64,000 nucleotides of DNA from the human T2T-CHM13v2.0 reference genome, Homo sapiens. Below, piece after piece: positions 41,963-55,830 of the stretch; within the stretch, counting starts at the first letter, position 1; every line of letters starts with the position of its first letter. The stretch lies in NCBI RefSeq assembly GCF_009914755.1, contig NC_060929.1. One strand, written 5' to 3'. A program made the position numbers and the translations under genes. Under the pieces are notes generated by a model. That model worked only from the letters and a program-made list of their open reading frames with translations, searched no databases and was not told the origin of the DNA.

Positions 41963-44628
41963 AGAGTTAGCCCTTCTTTTAAGGCCAAGACTGAGCTCTC
42001 CCCTCTAGGACAGCTGATTCTTATATCATCATGCACTTTCTATCTTTATGTGATTTGCATCTGTGTCATTCTCTAGACGAGGCCCAGATGCAAACATTTC
42101 CTGCCCCAGCTCTTGGCAACCCTCTGCACAGCACAGAGAGCCCGGATGGCTGGCCTCAGGTCAGTGGGACCTTTGAGGTCATCTACATCTAGATTCAAGG
42201 CATTTTCCAATAAGAAAAGAACAAAGTCTAATTTGAAAGGCTACTTTTGCAAGTAGGAATGAAGAAAGACTGCTTCTGCCAAATGCTCTGGGAAGTATTC
42301 TGTGCAATAAAGTATAAGGCATTTGCCTCTCCTCTCTCTTGCTCTTCTCTCTTTTTCACTGTCTCAATTTTTAAAACCAATTTTCTCATCTTGTGTGCTG
42401 AGTCGTATTTTCTAGTTCCTCCCAGAAATGTTTTTTTCATCATTCCTAAGCGTATATCTTTAATCCTCTAAGACCCTTTTGCTCTCCCAAATCATCTCAA
42501 CAAAATTCCTTATTTCGTTGTCTAACTACTTTTCTCTTCAGTTATAACACTTGATTTCTTTTTACTTATTTAGCTCTTCAATTTTACTTTTATTCATTCC
42601 TATTTTTTTGTTGGGTCAAGAGAGACCTCCTTCTTTTCTTTTTCTTCCCCCTGGATAGCTAAGCACTAAAGGCATTGACACTTGGACATACCCTATATTC
42701 AGGTTACCACAGAAAGAGAGCCTCATTTTATTCCTATGTTCCCTGGCCAGTAATACTATAACTTTGTGTACATTTTTAAATATTGTTTGAATGTTTATTT
42801 GGGAACTGAGGATAAGGTTTTATAATATATTACTTGGGAGTACTCAGATTTGCAGTCAGTTATTCTATATTACACACTAACTTGATTTCTGTTTTTAATG
42901 GCTTTGAGCTTTCTGAGAATCAATGAATGTTTTTGTTTTTGCCATTGCAGTTCTGTGATAAAATCTCTTGTGTCAGGTGGTCATTGTTGCAGAAAAATGT
43001 TGTCTTGGCGTATTCACATGATACGCAGTAAACAATATTGCCAGATACCTATAGAGGGCGGAGGCCTTTGTCATTTTTAAAGTAAATGGATTATTTTCCT
43101 AGCTGTGTAATCACATCAACACATTCTCAGATGAAGTGGTAGTTTCCTTCCTTCTGATTCAAACAAGTTCTTGTCTTAACAGTCCTTGTTCTAATGTCTT
43201 AGACACTATTTACTCAGCATATAGGGAGGGATAAACTCAGAATAATTGCCTAAACTCAATCTGTCCTGGGAGAGAAGTGGGGAAATGTGATGCATACAAT
43301 TTAAGTGAATTTTTTTTTAATGCTAGTACTTAATCTGTTCCTCTCCATCCTGGCAGAAGTTTATCCCTGGGATGAACTGGTACCACAAAAGTCAAAACCC
43401 TATTACCTTGAAAGATGCTTAGGCTGCAAACAAAAAATTTATTAACCTAAAAAATACTGCTTTTTGTTTTTTAAGGCATGGTTTGAAATTGTGCTTCTAT
43501 CCCTCTCACTTCCGTCCAGTACTCAGTCTAATTAGATTTTTGAATGTACTATGTATTGGTGGAGCTTGTGGAGACTTTGGCTTTCTTTAGATGAGTAGCC
43601 TGGACTGTCATTTGAAACATGGGAGGCATGAAGATTTCCATACATTTTGACATTCCAGATTTTATTATACCTTGTCTTAGCGTACCTGTAGTTTCAGGAA
43701 TTGAGTAAAATAATAACAAAAACAATATTAATAGCTTAATGACAGTTAATGTATGCAAAGTACCATTTTAATCACTTTCTATACATCATCTTAATTAATC
43801 ATCACAGTAATCTTATGATATAGATACAATTATTATAAAATCAATTTTCAGATGAAACTGAGATACAAAACTATGAAACAATATGCCTAAAGTAGCCTAG
43901 ATCCATCCAGGCAGCCATGATTAAAGATGAACTTAATTTCCTATTATTTTACTTGCTACTCCATAATAAAATCATAGTGATTAAAAAGACAAAATTATGT
44001 ATATTTGGTGGAAGTAATTGGCTAGATAAAAGATAAAATTGATCTTCCAAATCTAGTTAGTATGATTTCTGGAGTTCCAAGAGTGCTTGTTAAGTAAGGT
44101 TAGGAATATCTATTGGATATTAAAATCCCATGCCTCAACTTTATTCAATAATGTCAGGGTTTTAATTTAGACATAATGCAGATAATCCCAAGAGACATAA
44201 TTCTTTTACTTTAGTAAAAATACAAAATCAAAAGAGAATCCAATGGCAAGGTGTTAGGGAGTCAGTACAAAGTTTGTAGTGAGAATGAGAGTTTTGGAGA
44301 GGGAAAAATGAGTCTTTTATGTTAAATACATGGTGAAAGGATTGTATTAATTCCATTGTAGTTGATAATCATTATCCAGTTGAAATCATTATTAAAATGT
44401 AGAAGTAATCTTATTGCTTGCTTCTAATGTTTGCCATTATTGCATAGATTTGAAAATGCAAACTTCAGAAATTCAAGCCCTAGATAGATTACATATTTCT
44501 TCATAGGATCTTAGGTATTTTAATAACAGATACAATGAAGTGCCTGGTAATGGGTTTATCGGTCCAAGGAACAAGTCATGCCCTTGTGTGAATAATGGAG
44601 AGGAACAGGAATGTACATTAAGACTAGT

Positions 44629-44927
44629 GGCTGAGCATGGTGGCTCACGCCTGTAATCCCAGCACTTTGGGAAGCTGAGGTGAGCAGATCACGAGGTCAG
44701 GAGATCGAGACCATCCTGGCCAACATGGTGAAACCCTGTCTCTACTAAAAAAAAAAAATACAAAAATTAGTTGGGTGTAGTGCCACGTGCCTGTAATCCT
44801 AGCTACTCAGGATGCTGAGGCACAAGCATCGCTTAAACCCAGGAGGCAGAGGTTGCAGTGAGCTGAGATCACACCACTGCCTGGGTGACAGAGTGAGACT
44901 CCGTCTTAAAAAAAAAAAAAAAAAAAA
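44629..44927 (+). mobile_element. AluS (Sc-like)
   Basis: gatcacgaggtcaggagatcgagaccatcctggccaac; TSD aagactag. Confidence 0.96.
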
Positions 44928-46029
44928 GACTAGCAACCTGCTTGGGCTTTTAATATGAAATTGCCTTGCTCTAAAATAACCTGAATTATGCACTAAACAA
45001 GAAACGTGATTTTATTTTACTTCATAACATAAAGAATGAGAATACATAGAACAATATTTAAAATCAATATTGGAAAACTCTTAAATGTCTTCTTTCAATG
45101 GTCATAATTACCACTTAAAATAATTCCGATATTTTCCCTAAACTAGGTCATCCTCCTCCCTCTCAAGGACAGAAACCTCCAGCTTCTCAAGGACAGAAAC
45201 CCTCACTGAAAGAACTTTGTGTTCAATGGCTCTTTAATGGCTTGTTAAATGGTTTCTCCTTCCTATGTCCTTTACATTTATTATGTTATTTAACTTCCCA
45301 GCAACCCTATGTTATAACTGAGAAATAGCAAAAGAAAGTAATTGATCCCAGGCAACACAGTGAGCGCGATGATTTAAATTTTGGCTGCTTTACTCCAGAG
45401 TCCAGACTTTTAATCACTATCGATCTATTCATTTAATTCTGTTGACTAGTTTTGGAGTACAGTTCCAATGACCTTAGGATAAGAATGACAAAAACAAGCT
45501 CTCATCATGACATAAACAAACAAACAAAAACAACACACCATCCTGTAATACAGTTTCACTAACAAGATTCCTTGCACATTCCAGATAATAAGTCAGATGG
45601 CTTGAGGGTCAGGTGAGTTATACCCTCCAGCTAACTCCCCCTGCTTTGTCAATATAAATCACAGCTGGATCATTTCTACAACCTGTTCTTAAGGGAAGGA
45701 GGCACATTTCAAAAATATTTGAACAGAAAAATCTTTGAATAAGTATGATTGCTTCATTTGATAGGAAAGAATGAAGGAAATTAAATTATGTCACTGGGGG
45801 CTTGCATATAACTTAACTTACTTCCATTTAATTTTTTCAAATAATTTATGAAGTAATTATTATTCTCCCCATTTGAAAGATGAGGAGGAAATGGAATCAA
45901 AAAGGCTCACTAAATTTCCTAAGACCACAAAAGGCGGAACCAGAATACAGACCCAGTTTTCCTGGTTTTTCAGAATTTATATCTATCATTTTAGAGTGCC
46001 AAAAGATTGCTCTGTTGAATGCAAAATAA

Positions 46030-46637
46030 GGTTTCCAGTTTAACAGATAGATTTGCATTAAGCCATCCACCCTCTTATATTCCAAGATGCTGGCTGTGGT
46101 CTTGGAAAAGACACCTTCTCCTGAGGATCTATGTAAGGAAATTGATGTGACAGGCAAGAGAGGACTCAAAGTTTTCTAGCACGGTGTCTGGGGAGATGGT
46201 GATGCATTCACTGAAGATGTGATTTACTAGAAAAATTGACTGCAAAAGATTTTAATGAGTCCAATTTGGGACATGTTAAGTTTGAAGTGACTTTGGAACC
46301 TATCAATTCTGCTGTCTAGAAGGCAATTGGCGAACAGAGCTCAGGAGTGAAGTCTGGGCTAAATTTAGGCACGCTCAGTGTATAGATGGAGATTTGAGTC
46401 TGTGAGTGGGTAAGATTTCTCAGGTTTCATATGTATGAAAAGTCAGGGACCAAAGATAGAATTGTATGAATTGCCAGAGGGCTGGGAGCCGAGGAAGAAT
46501 ACCAGTGAAGGAGGCTGTACAGCAATCAGTGAGATAGGGGACAGTTAGAATGTACTGGTGTTTCTGAAGAAGGACACAGAAGAAACTTTCAAATAAAAGG
46601 GAACTATCAACTGTGTGCAATGATAAAGAGAATTTAT
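46030..46637 (-). mobile_element. L2 fragment
   Basis: gagtccaatttgggacatgttaagtttgaagtg...gagctcaggagtgaagtctgggct antisense L2 motifs. Confidence 0.6.
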
Positions 46638-46917
46638 GGCTGGGCGCAGTGCCTGTAATCCCAGCACTTTGGGAAGCCTAGACACGAGGATCACTTGAGC
46701 CCAGTTTGAAACCAGCCTGGGCAACAAAGTGAGACCCCTGTCTCTACAAAAACTCAAAAAATTAGCCAGATGTGATGTCATGCACCTGTGGTCCCAGCTA
46801 CATTGGAGGCTGAAGCAAGAGGATCGCTTGAGCCCAGGAGGTCAAGACTGAGTGAGTGAAGATCATGCCATTGCACTCCTGCGTGTGCGACAGAGTGAGA
46901 CACTGTCTCAGAAAAAA
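46638..46917 (+). mobile_element. AluJ (donor of the inverted copy at 48185-48517)
   Basis: Alu dimer with two private small deletions; agagaattta on both sides. Confidence 0.94.
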
Positions 46918-48014
46918 GAGAGAATTTAAGTAGGGCGAAAGCTGAAAAGGGGTCACATGATAAAAAAAAATATAGTAAGTCATTTGGAATACTTTGAAAA
47001 GAAAAATAATTGTGTTTTATTTATGGAGTTTCTAGACAGTGTTTTCAAATGACAAAGTCAATTTTCCACTGTTAACCAACTCTAGAGATCACGCTAATTT
47101 TTCATGTACATCAAGCAATACAATCATACGAAAAAATGAAAGCTTGCTACTAGGTAATTAGGCATATGTCACATCATCATTTGAGCTGAATGGAGTCACC
47201 TGGCAAGCTTGATGCATGGAAAGACAGCTTGTATGGCTGAAACAGAGTGAGAAGAGAGGACAGATTTAAGAGATGGCATCAGATAGGACTTTGAGGAGAG
47301 AGTGCAGGTCTTGAAAAATGATTGTATGGACTAGGATTTCACTCTGAATGAGATGGGTAACTTAAGGAGATTTGGAGTAGAGGAATGACATGCTTTGACT
47401 TATGTTTTCACAGGATCACTCCAGATACACTGTTGAGAAAAAAGTATGGGGCAAGGGGAGATGAAAGCAGACAGACCAGTCTGGAGGCTACTGGGATCCA
47501 AAATCGACATAAGAGTTGCTTGGACTAGGGTGGTAACTGCAACTATGGAGATAAGAATTCAGATAGTAGATGTGTTTTGAAGGCAAAGCTCACAGAGAAA
47601 ATACTAGAAAGAAATTAGAAACTGTGCATACACACATTTGTTTTTCCTAGGGCTTTTTTTTTTCTCTTTCAGTAAAAACCAGCTGATTGGAGATGGAAGC
47701 AATGTTGAGATGAATTGTTTTCCACACTGAAAGAAACACAACGTAGTTGGATGATAATGAGAAAACTGTAGTGGTAAGGAAAAACTTAAAACAGGGGCAA
47801 ATGGCCAGAGCAATGTCCTTGAATAGATAAGAGGGGAAGGGAGCTATGCCAAGGGGAAGGAATGGCCCACTCCTGCTTAGCCCTCTGTACTCTGACCTGA
47901 TACCTCCCAAACGCTTGAGTAGATCCCTTTTTAATGCTAATAACTCTGAAGGACGATCTATGTTAGTGGTTGTACTCTGAGTACTCACTGATGAAGAAAA
48001 CACAGAATTATGAC

Positions 48015-48803
<789 letters not shown>

Positions 48804-49085
48804 TAAATTACATTTAAGAAAAGTCATGCCATAGGCATTTTGTTATTGCGATTCAGACCATACCCAATGTCTGGTGCATATATAGACGAACATATCCCTT
48901 GAAACTCTAAAGATTTACGCCTACAGTTCACAATTTGGAAAGCTTGCTTTAGTAAAACTGCAAAGCCCTTGGTTTTCTGAATATGCCTGGGTTATTTTGT
49001 ACATGCTGTTTCCTCCAGGAGGCCCTTTCATCTTACCCATCCTTAAGGGCATAGTATAGTTTCTCCTCCACTCAATCACAGTTAG

Positions 49086-49360
<275 letters not shown>

Positions 49361-51339
49361 TAAACCTTTGCACCCTTAAACACTAAATATATGTCATGTG
49401 CAAATACATATGTGTATACATATGTTTTCTCTTCTATCGTCTAAGGTTATTTCAGAATGAAACTATGTCGTGTTCATTTTTGTTTTCCAAGAGTGGATAG
49501 TTCAGACTAAATGGAACAGAAAAATGTGAGAGATTGGATTTATTTTGTGGTGTTCCAGAGGACAGAATTTAGATTAGTGGGCAAAGTGGAGAACAAGATA
49601 GACTTGGCTTAATAAAAGGAAAGACTGAATGACGTTTTGAAATTTTAAAAATGGGATAGACTGTTATTGAAGACAATGAGTAACTGAAACTAGCCAAGTA
49701 ATTTTTCTCCCTACGACTATTTAAGTTCCTAGCACTATACCAAGTATATAACATATAGTATCACATTTAGTCTTTATAATGTTCTAACAAATAGAGGCAT
49801 TTTAGTCATCCCGGTTTTACTTGAAATGGTCAAGCAACTTGGCTCAGTATGCAGCTTGTAAATGACAGTGCAGGAATTAGAACTTGAGTCTGGGTAATGT
49901 TCGGCTCTAGATATTTAACCTGAATGCCTTACTGTGTAGGAGGGATTCTCACGTTGGGTAGAAAGTAAAAGTTACAAAGGTTGCAAAGGAATATAAAATA
50001 CTAAAAATATGCAAATGACCTAAGTAGCTTCCTATGCTTTGAGTATAGTTGAGCAGGCCTGCTTTCAACAAAAGAGGGGAGAGATAGGCCCTTGAAAGAG
50101 AGAGAAACCAGTCTATAGTGAGGGGCTCAAGATAAAAGTCTTTTACTTCTTTTTACCTCCATTTATTCTAAGATCGAAATTATCCTTGATTCAGGATGAC
50201 AACGGGTCAAAGATCATTGATAACCATATTCTGATGAGATCAACATCCAGTGGGGCTTTGGGTAGCTTCGAAGACTGCTTCAAATGTTGAGAGGACACAT
50301 GAGCCCTTGGTCACTGGGCATGACTCATAGACTATGTCATTAATATCACCACGATTCTCAGCATATGCCTGAAGTACAGCAAGCACTTTATTAATCTTAT
50401 CTCCTTTCTCCTGAGTTATCTTTGAGTCCATACATATTCTGAAGTAGTTTCTTATTAGAATTAACATATAAAAGAATCGTTTTTTATTTGATAATGTATT
50501 TTCTATGAATATAAGAACTAATACTGTACATTTATATGGTGAGCCACTGATCTAGTTCTTCACAAAAGGAGAATGACATATTTTTGAAAATCTTTTATTC
50601 TTGATGTATTTATTCAAGAAAATATACAATTAAGTAGCTATATGGGACTAAGATGTTGAGCAAAAAAAAAAATCCTATATGAACTTTCTCATCATATTTC
50701 AAGATGCTTGCTCTTTCAGCAAATAATCTGACTTGACATTGAAAAGCTCGGAGGACTGAGGGAGGTATTACCATCTCATTCTATTGTTTCTGTTAGTTAT
50801 TTTGATAATCCACTCAGCATAAGTGAAGAAAGCTTTATTCAAGTGAACATCAACTTCACTTTCCATTGAACTGTGACCTTAAAAAACCAATCTCTTAACT
50901 TCCTTTGGGGAGACATATGACTGACTGCCTTGTCAGCAAGCTCCTTTTCCTGAATCTAAGTTATTTCCTTTCCTACAGAGAAAAATTGCTGTTATCACTT
51001 CCAACTGTTTTAGTAATGGCCCTTTTCATGTACAGTAAATGCTTTTTTTTAAGTGCATGTCTCTTCCTTTTTGCTTATTAGCTCAAAATTTGTTTATCCT
51101 AAAGAAAAATGTAAGGATATAAGCACATTTCATGTTCTTTGGAAAAATCAGCATTTACACAGATTTCCGACACAAAAGACAGCTAAGAGTTCTCCAAAAA
51201 GTCTATTTTAAAACATACATTTCAAATATCTAAACACAAGAGAAGCATGGTCTAGTTAAATCCAGCATCACCCAAATACTTCCCAATTTCTTTATCTTAT
51301 GAGTTTTTTTTTTTTCAGTTTTTATTCTATGTGGCTTTT

Positions 51340-52560
51340 CTCTAACACTTCACACTGGAACTGCTTCAGTCGGGCTGGACATTTCCTCTTTCCTTGGCTT
51401 TTGAGACACTGGTCCATCCTGATTTTTTTCTCTTGATATCTTTATCTCCAGCTTCTTCACTACCTCCTCTCCATCCTTTTTCAGTTCTTTAAGTGCTCTG
51501 TCCCAAGCTCCCTGCTCCCTTTACATACTCTAACTGGACATTCTCTCGTGCACTCACCTAGCTTCAAGCCTCCTCTATTCACTGATTGTTCCCTCATTTA
51601 GCCAGTCTGCTTTGAACTCCAGGCCCAAATGACTCCTGGGAAGCTCCTCCTAGATGTTCTTCATCACCTTAAAGTATTGCATCTCCAAATGAACTCATTC
51701 TCTTCTTCTCAGCCAGTTCTTCCTGTGTTTCCTATCTCAGCAAGAATATCTGCATATCTTACACGTCCAGACACCAAAGCTTAAAATCCCTTAGTCATTC
51801 TCAATTTAATTCTACTATTAAAGATTTCTCATCTCTGTTCCTTCTCTTCCTTCCTCATTGTTATATACTGAGTTCATGCACTCACCAGCTCTCCAGATCA
51901 TGTCGTCTCCCAACTCCCTAGTTGCTCATCTATTTCATATTGATATTGAGACTTACTGTTAAAATGGTATTCCATGCATCATTATTTCACTTTAAAACCT
52001 TTAACAATTCTCCATTTTATATACAGAAAAATTCCAAACTCCTTAACCGGTTTGGAATTTCCCATTTTCAATTGGAATTTTCACTCCTTACCAGTTAAGG
52101 AGCTTGGAATTTGAATCAATTGATTTGGTGAGGCCCAGCCCTCACTATATTCTCACCACCCCGCTGACAGAGGCATAGGCATTAACTGCCTCACAATCTT
52201 TGTATCTTTTTGTCTTTGCTCATGCCATTATTATCTCTACTTGATATTATTTCCTCTATTTTTTTTTCCTGCCCGATGATCGATGCCATTCATTTTTTAA
52301 GAGCCCTTTCAAATGCCATCTCTTCTTTAAGTCTACCTTGCCTTCTCCAGCTTTGTATGTTCTCCCTCTGCCCTGACTGCCCTCAGCCCCTACCTTCACA
52401 CTGGCATCCACAGTCCTGGATTTTAAATACTATACAGTAGGAAATGGCATTTAGAGAGCAGGGAATACATTTTCTTCTTCTCTGAATTATAAGAGTCTAT
52501 CATTTTGTTCAACTTGTGGTAGGCATTTAGTTCTTATTTGCTAAATATGTTGAATTAATG
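51340..52560 (+). mobile_element. Degenerate L2
   Basis: Pyrimidine-rich L2 motifs (tttgaactccagg, cctagatgtt, ttccaaactcctta) and 3' end gtggtaggcat...tgttgaattaatg. Confidence 0.6.
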
Positions 52561-52679
52561 GATGATGATGAAAAAATCTTAACAGCGGCCCAACTGAGGC
52601 CAAATACCTATTCTAAATATCCGTATGTTATCTGTATTTTTTTTTTTTTCTTCCAAGGAACTTTGTTTACCTTCCACAT

Positions 52680-53800
52680 GTAAGAAGCTCTTAGTGGGAC
52701 TTCTGAGGTTGGTAATTAGGACCAAGGCTGAGGACAGGAAAGTATTTAATATCTGAACTGACAGTCACCAGAGTCAGAGCCAAAGCTTCTTAAGAGGTGA
52801 TGGATGCAGCAAACTGCTGCCAGCCTCCGTCTTCTATATAATAAGACTGGGAACAAGACAGAGAGGAGCAGATCCAAGGGTCATTAGAATGCGGTGCGTT
52901 TGAGATAAGAGGAAATTCCCTGCCTTCCCCAAGGGAGGGAAGGGAAATTAGAGTACCTGGTCTTTCTTCCTAAAACCTCCTGAGAGGCTCTAAGAGACTC
53001 ATTTACAAAGGCTGTCATATAATTTAGTTACCTAATTGGACATCTGCTGAGGAAAAGGACTTGTGGATTTACCTCTTCATCATAGGAGCAGGGGAGAACA
53101 GTCTTGGAGAGAGAAGAGATGTAGGGGTAGTGTGGATTCACCCAGTTTCAGAGCCAAGACAGGTGATGCCTGAGGTTCAAGTGGATGCTACTTTGAATGT
53201 AGCTGGGCTTGTTCAACCTCCTTTCCAAGACAGATTCCCGGCAACACGAGGCCATGCACTATATGGCCAGCAGTGAGAGCTCAGGGGCTTGAAAAAGTTG
53301 GCTTAAAATCACTGAAGCTCCAAAAACTCATACCTTTATTCCCCAGAGCTAGAATTTGAAGGCCTGCCTTGCAGATGATATCAACAGCTAGGCTGTGCTG
53401 GCCAGAAAAACAGCAGGAACCAAGAGGGAAAGGTTATGATAGCAGCCTGCTAGCATTACACTCTTTCCTTTCCCTGTTCTACCTCTCAGCTCGATACCAT
53501 GAAGAGGAATACAACAAGGGGAATGCAAGGTGATGGTGTACCTGAGGCAGACTCCTAATTAGAGAGGGTGCCCGTTCCTACTTGCACTGGGTAAAGTGGA
53601 AGAGGAAAGAAGGGGAGAATAAACTAATGTTTGATGTTTTAAATTGGACTAAGCCTTAATATCAGAAAGCAACTGGAAACTATGGAGCTACCTTAGATGC
53701 CAGAGGAGAATGAAGTGTTGGTATAAAATAATTGGAAAAGAATGATTTAGAAATACAAAGCCTTCTTATTTCTGATTAAGTTAATACTGCTTAATAAATG
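52680..53800 (+). mobile_element. Probable ancient ERV LTR (LTR78-like; uncertain)
   Basis: Starts tgtaagaagctcttagtgggacttctgagg, similar to the recalled LTR78 5' end; AATAAA near 53793. Confidence 0.35.
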
Positions 53801-54389
53801 AGATGTTTATGTAAAATTATTGAAATTCATTGAACGTCTGCAAAGAAAGAACAATTTCAACCCCAGACTACTATCAATGCAAACCTTCCATTACTGATTT
53901 ATTGCTGGATCCGACAGGTAATATCTCATTCACTACATCTCTAATGAAGTCTCTGGAGATCAGGGTCCCCTTGGAGGACACACAGAATGCACAGTCTTAT
54001 TCTAATTAAAAAGAGTTCATTGTGTAAAGAAGAAACAAACATGTTAGCCCCAAGAGACATGTTAGCCCTGCTTGGGCCACAGTTCAGAATGAGTACCTAG
54101 CCAGTTACAAGATGCTTCAGAACTTTCTGTATCCAGTGACAGCCCAGCTGATAAGTATATCAGAAAGGATATTACTGTAAGCTAGTCATATTTGAAAATA
54201 GCTGATATGTTAGCTCTTTTTTATTGAGAGCAGATATACAAAGTATTTCATGATGCTATAGGATATTAACAATTATTTCTCTCAAAACTCTTCTGAGGGA
54301 AGACTCGGCTATTATTGAATGAGTTCTGTTGAATTCTCTCTGTTCCCTCAATTCTTCTACCTCCACTGCATAAATATATATTGCATACT

Positions 54390-54758
<369 letters not shown>

Positions 54759-55794
54759 CTATTTTCTGGACAATTTATTGCCTTCTCATATCATTTTCCC
54801 CATAATATCTCTGAGAATCTGAAATGCTTTGCTGTAATGAAACTCCTTAGCCCATATAATATCAGCCTTTAAGGTGATTGTATTGCTTATACACCTGGTC
54901 TGAGAGATCATTGATTTTCAAATTCTTCCTTGAAAATCGTCTCTTCTGTTCTTGAATCCCCTATGTCCCAATCAATTCCCCATGAAGTCCATCTTTTCCA
55001 GGACTCAATTCACCTGAACTTCAGCATTCTCTTTGGCCAGCCTTCCCTGGAAGTCTACTTAGGGGGCATAGTTGACAATAATGTATATACAGCAGCCACA
55101 GAAATGTCTATGAGAGATATCAATATTTTTCAGATTTTAACTTCTGAAGTTCCTACAGGTAAGTGTTTTGTTGATGCTAGAAGAAAACAAGTTATAAGAG
55201 GTGTGTGAGCTTGATAATTGCTTAAGATGTTAATAGTCATTTAATCCTTAACTTGGTGGGAATCACATTGTGTGGCTGTAATGTAGGACTTCAAAACAAA
55301 CCATCAGAAGTGTAAAGACTGGTTTTAATAAGCAGAGAGTTTGGCCTGCCTACTTTCCTCCCCCTCAATTTTTAAATGGGCCCAAGCAATTTGAAAACCA
55401 GAATGTACTAAACAGATAAGTTGATGTTTGTGAAACAGATATGTTGATGGCAGCATCAACATATCTTATGTGGTAAAGGGAGCTAAGTTTTTATGAGGCT
55501 ATTATAATGGCTCTTTTATATACCCTGGAAATCCCATTTTAGACAACCATTTCCATCAGAGACTTCGGGATTGCAATAGGTAGTATGAGATATGTTACAT
55601 TACGTGGTGATCGAAGTATCATGAAATACTCTTATGCTCTGCAGGCTTTTTATACAAATATGGCATGTATACAGGCAACTTATACAAATATCTAAGGCTT
55701 TTTCCTTCTGATTAAAAATTGTTTACTCTGGAATTTAACATTTATTTAATAACGTTTTAAAATAACACGAAGGGGTTTGCGTTAAAATAAGACG

Positions 55795-55830
55795 TATAAA
55801 AGCTGCTAGTATCTGTCAATATTTCATTCT
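55795..55830 (+). promoter_or_regulatory. Candidate TATA + Initiator core promoter
   Basis: TATAAAAG at 55795-55802 and TCATTCT (YYANWYY) with A+1 at 55826, placing TATA at -31; motif evidence only. Confidence 0.3.

Noticed and set aside
45161-45204. Short tandem duplication tctcaaggacagaaacc (similar ones at 54039-54069 and 57150-57170)
   Set aside because: Ordinary slippage-type micro-duplications
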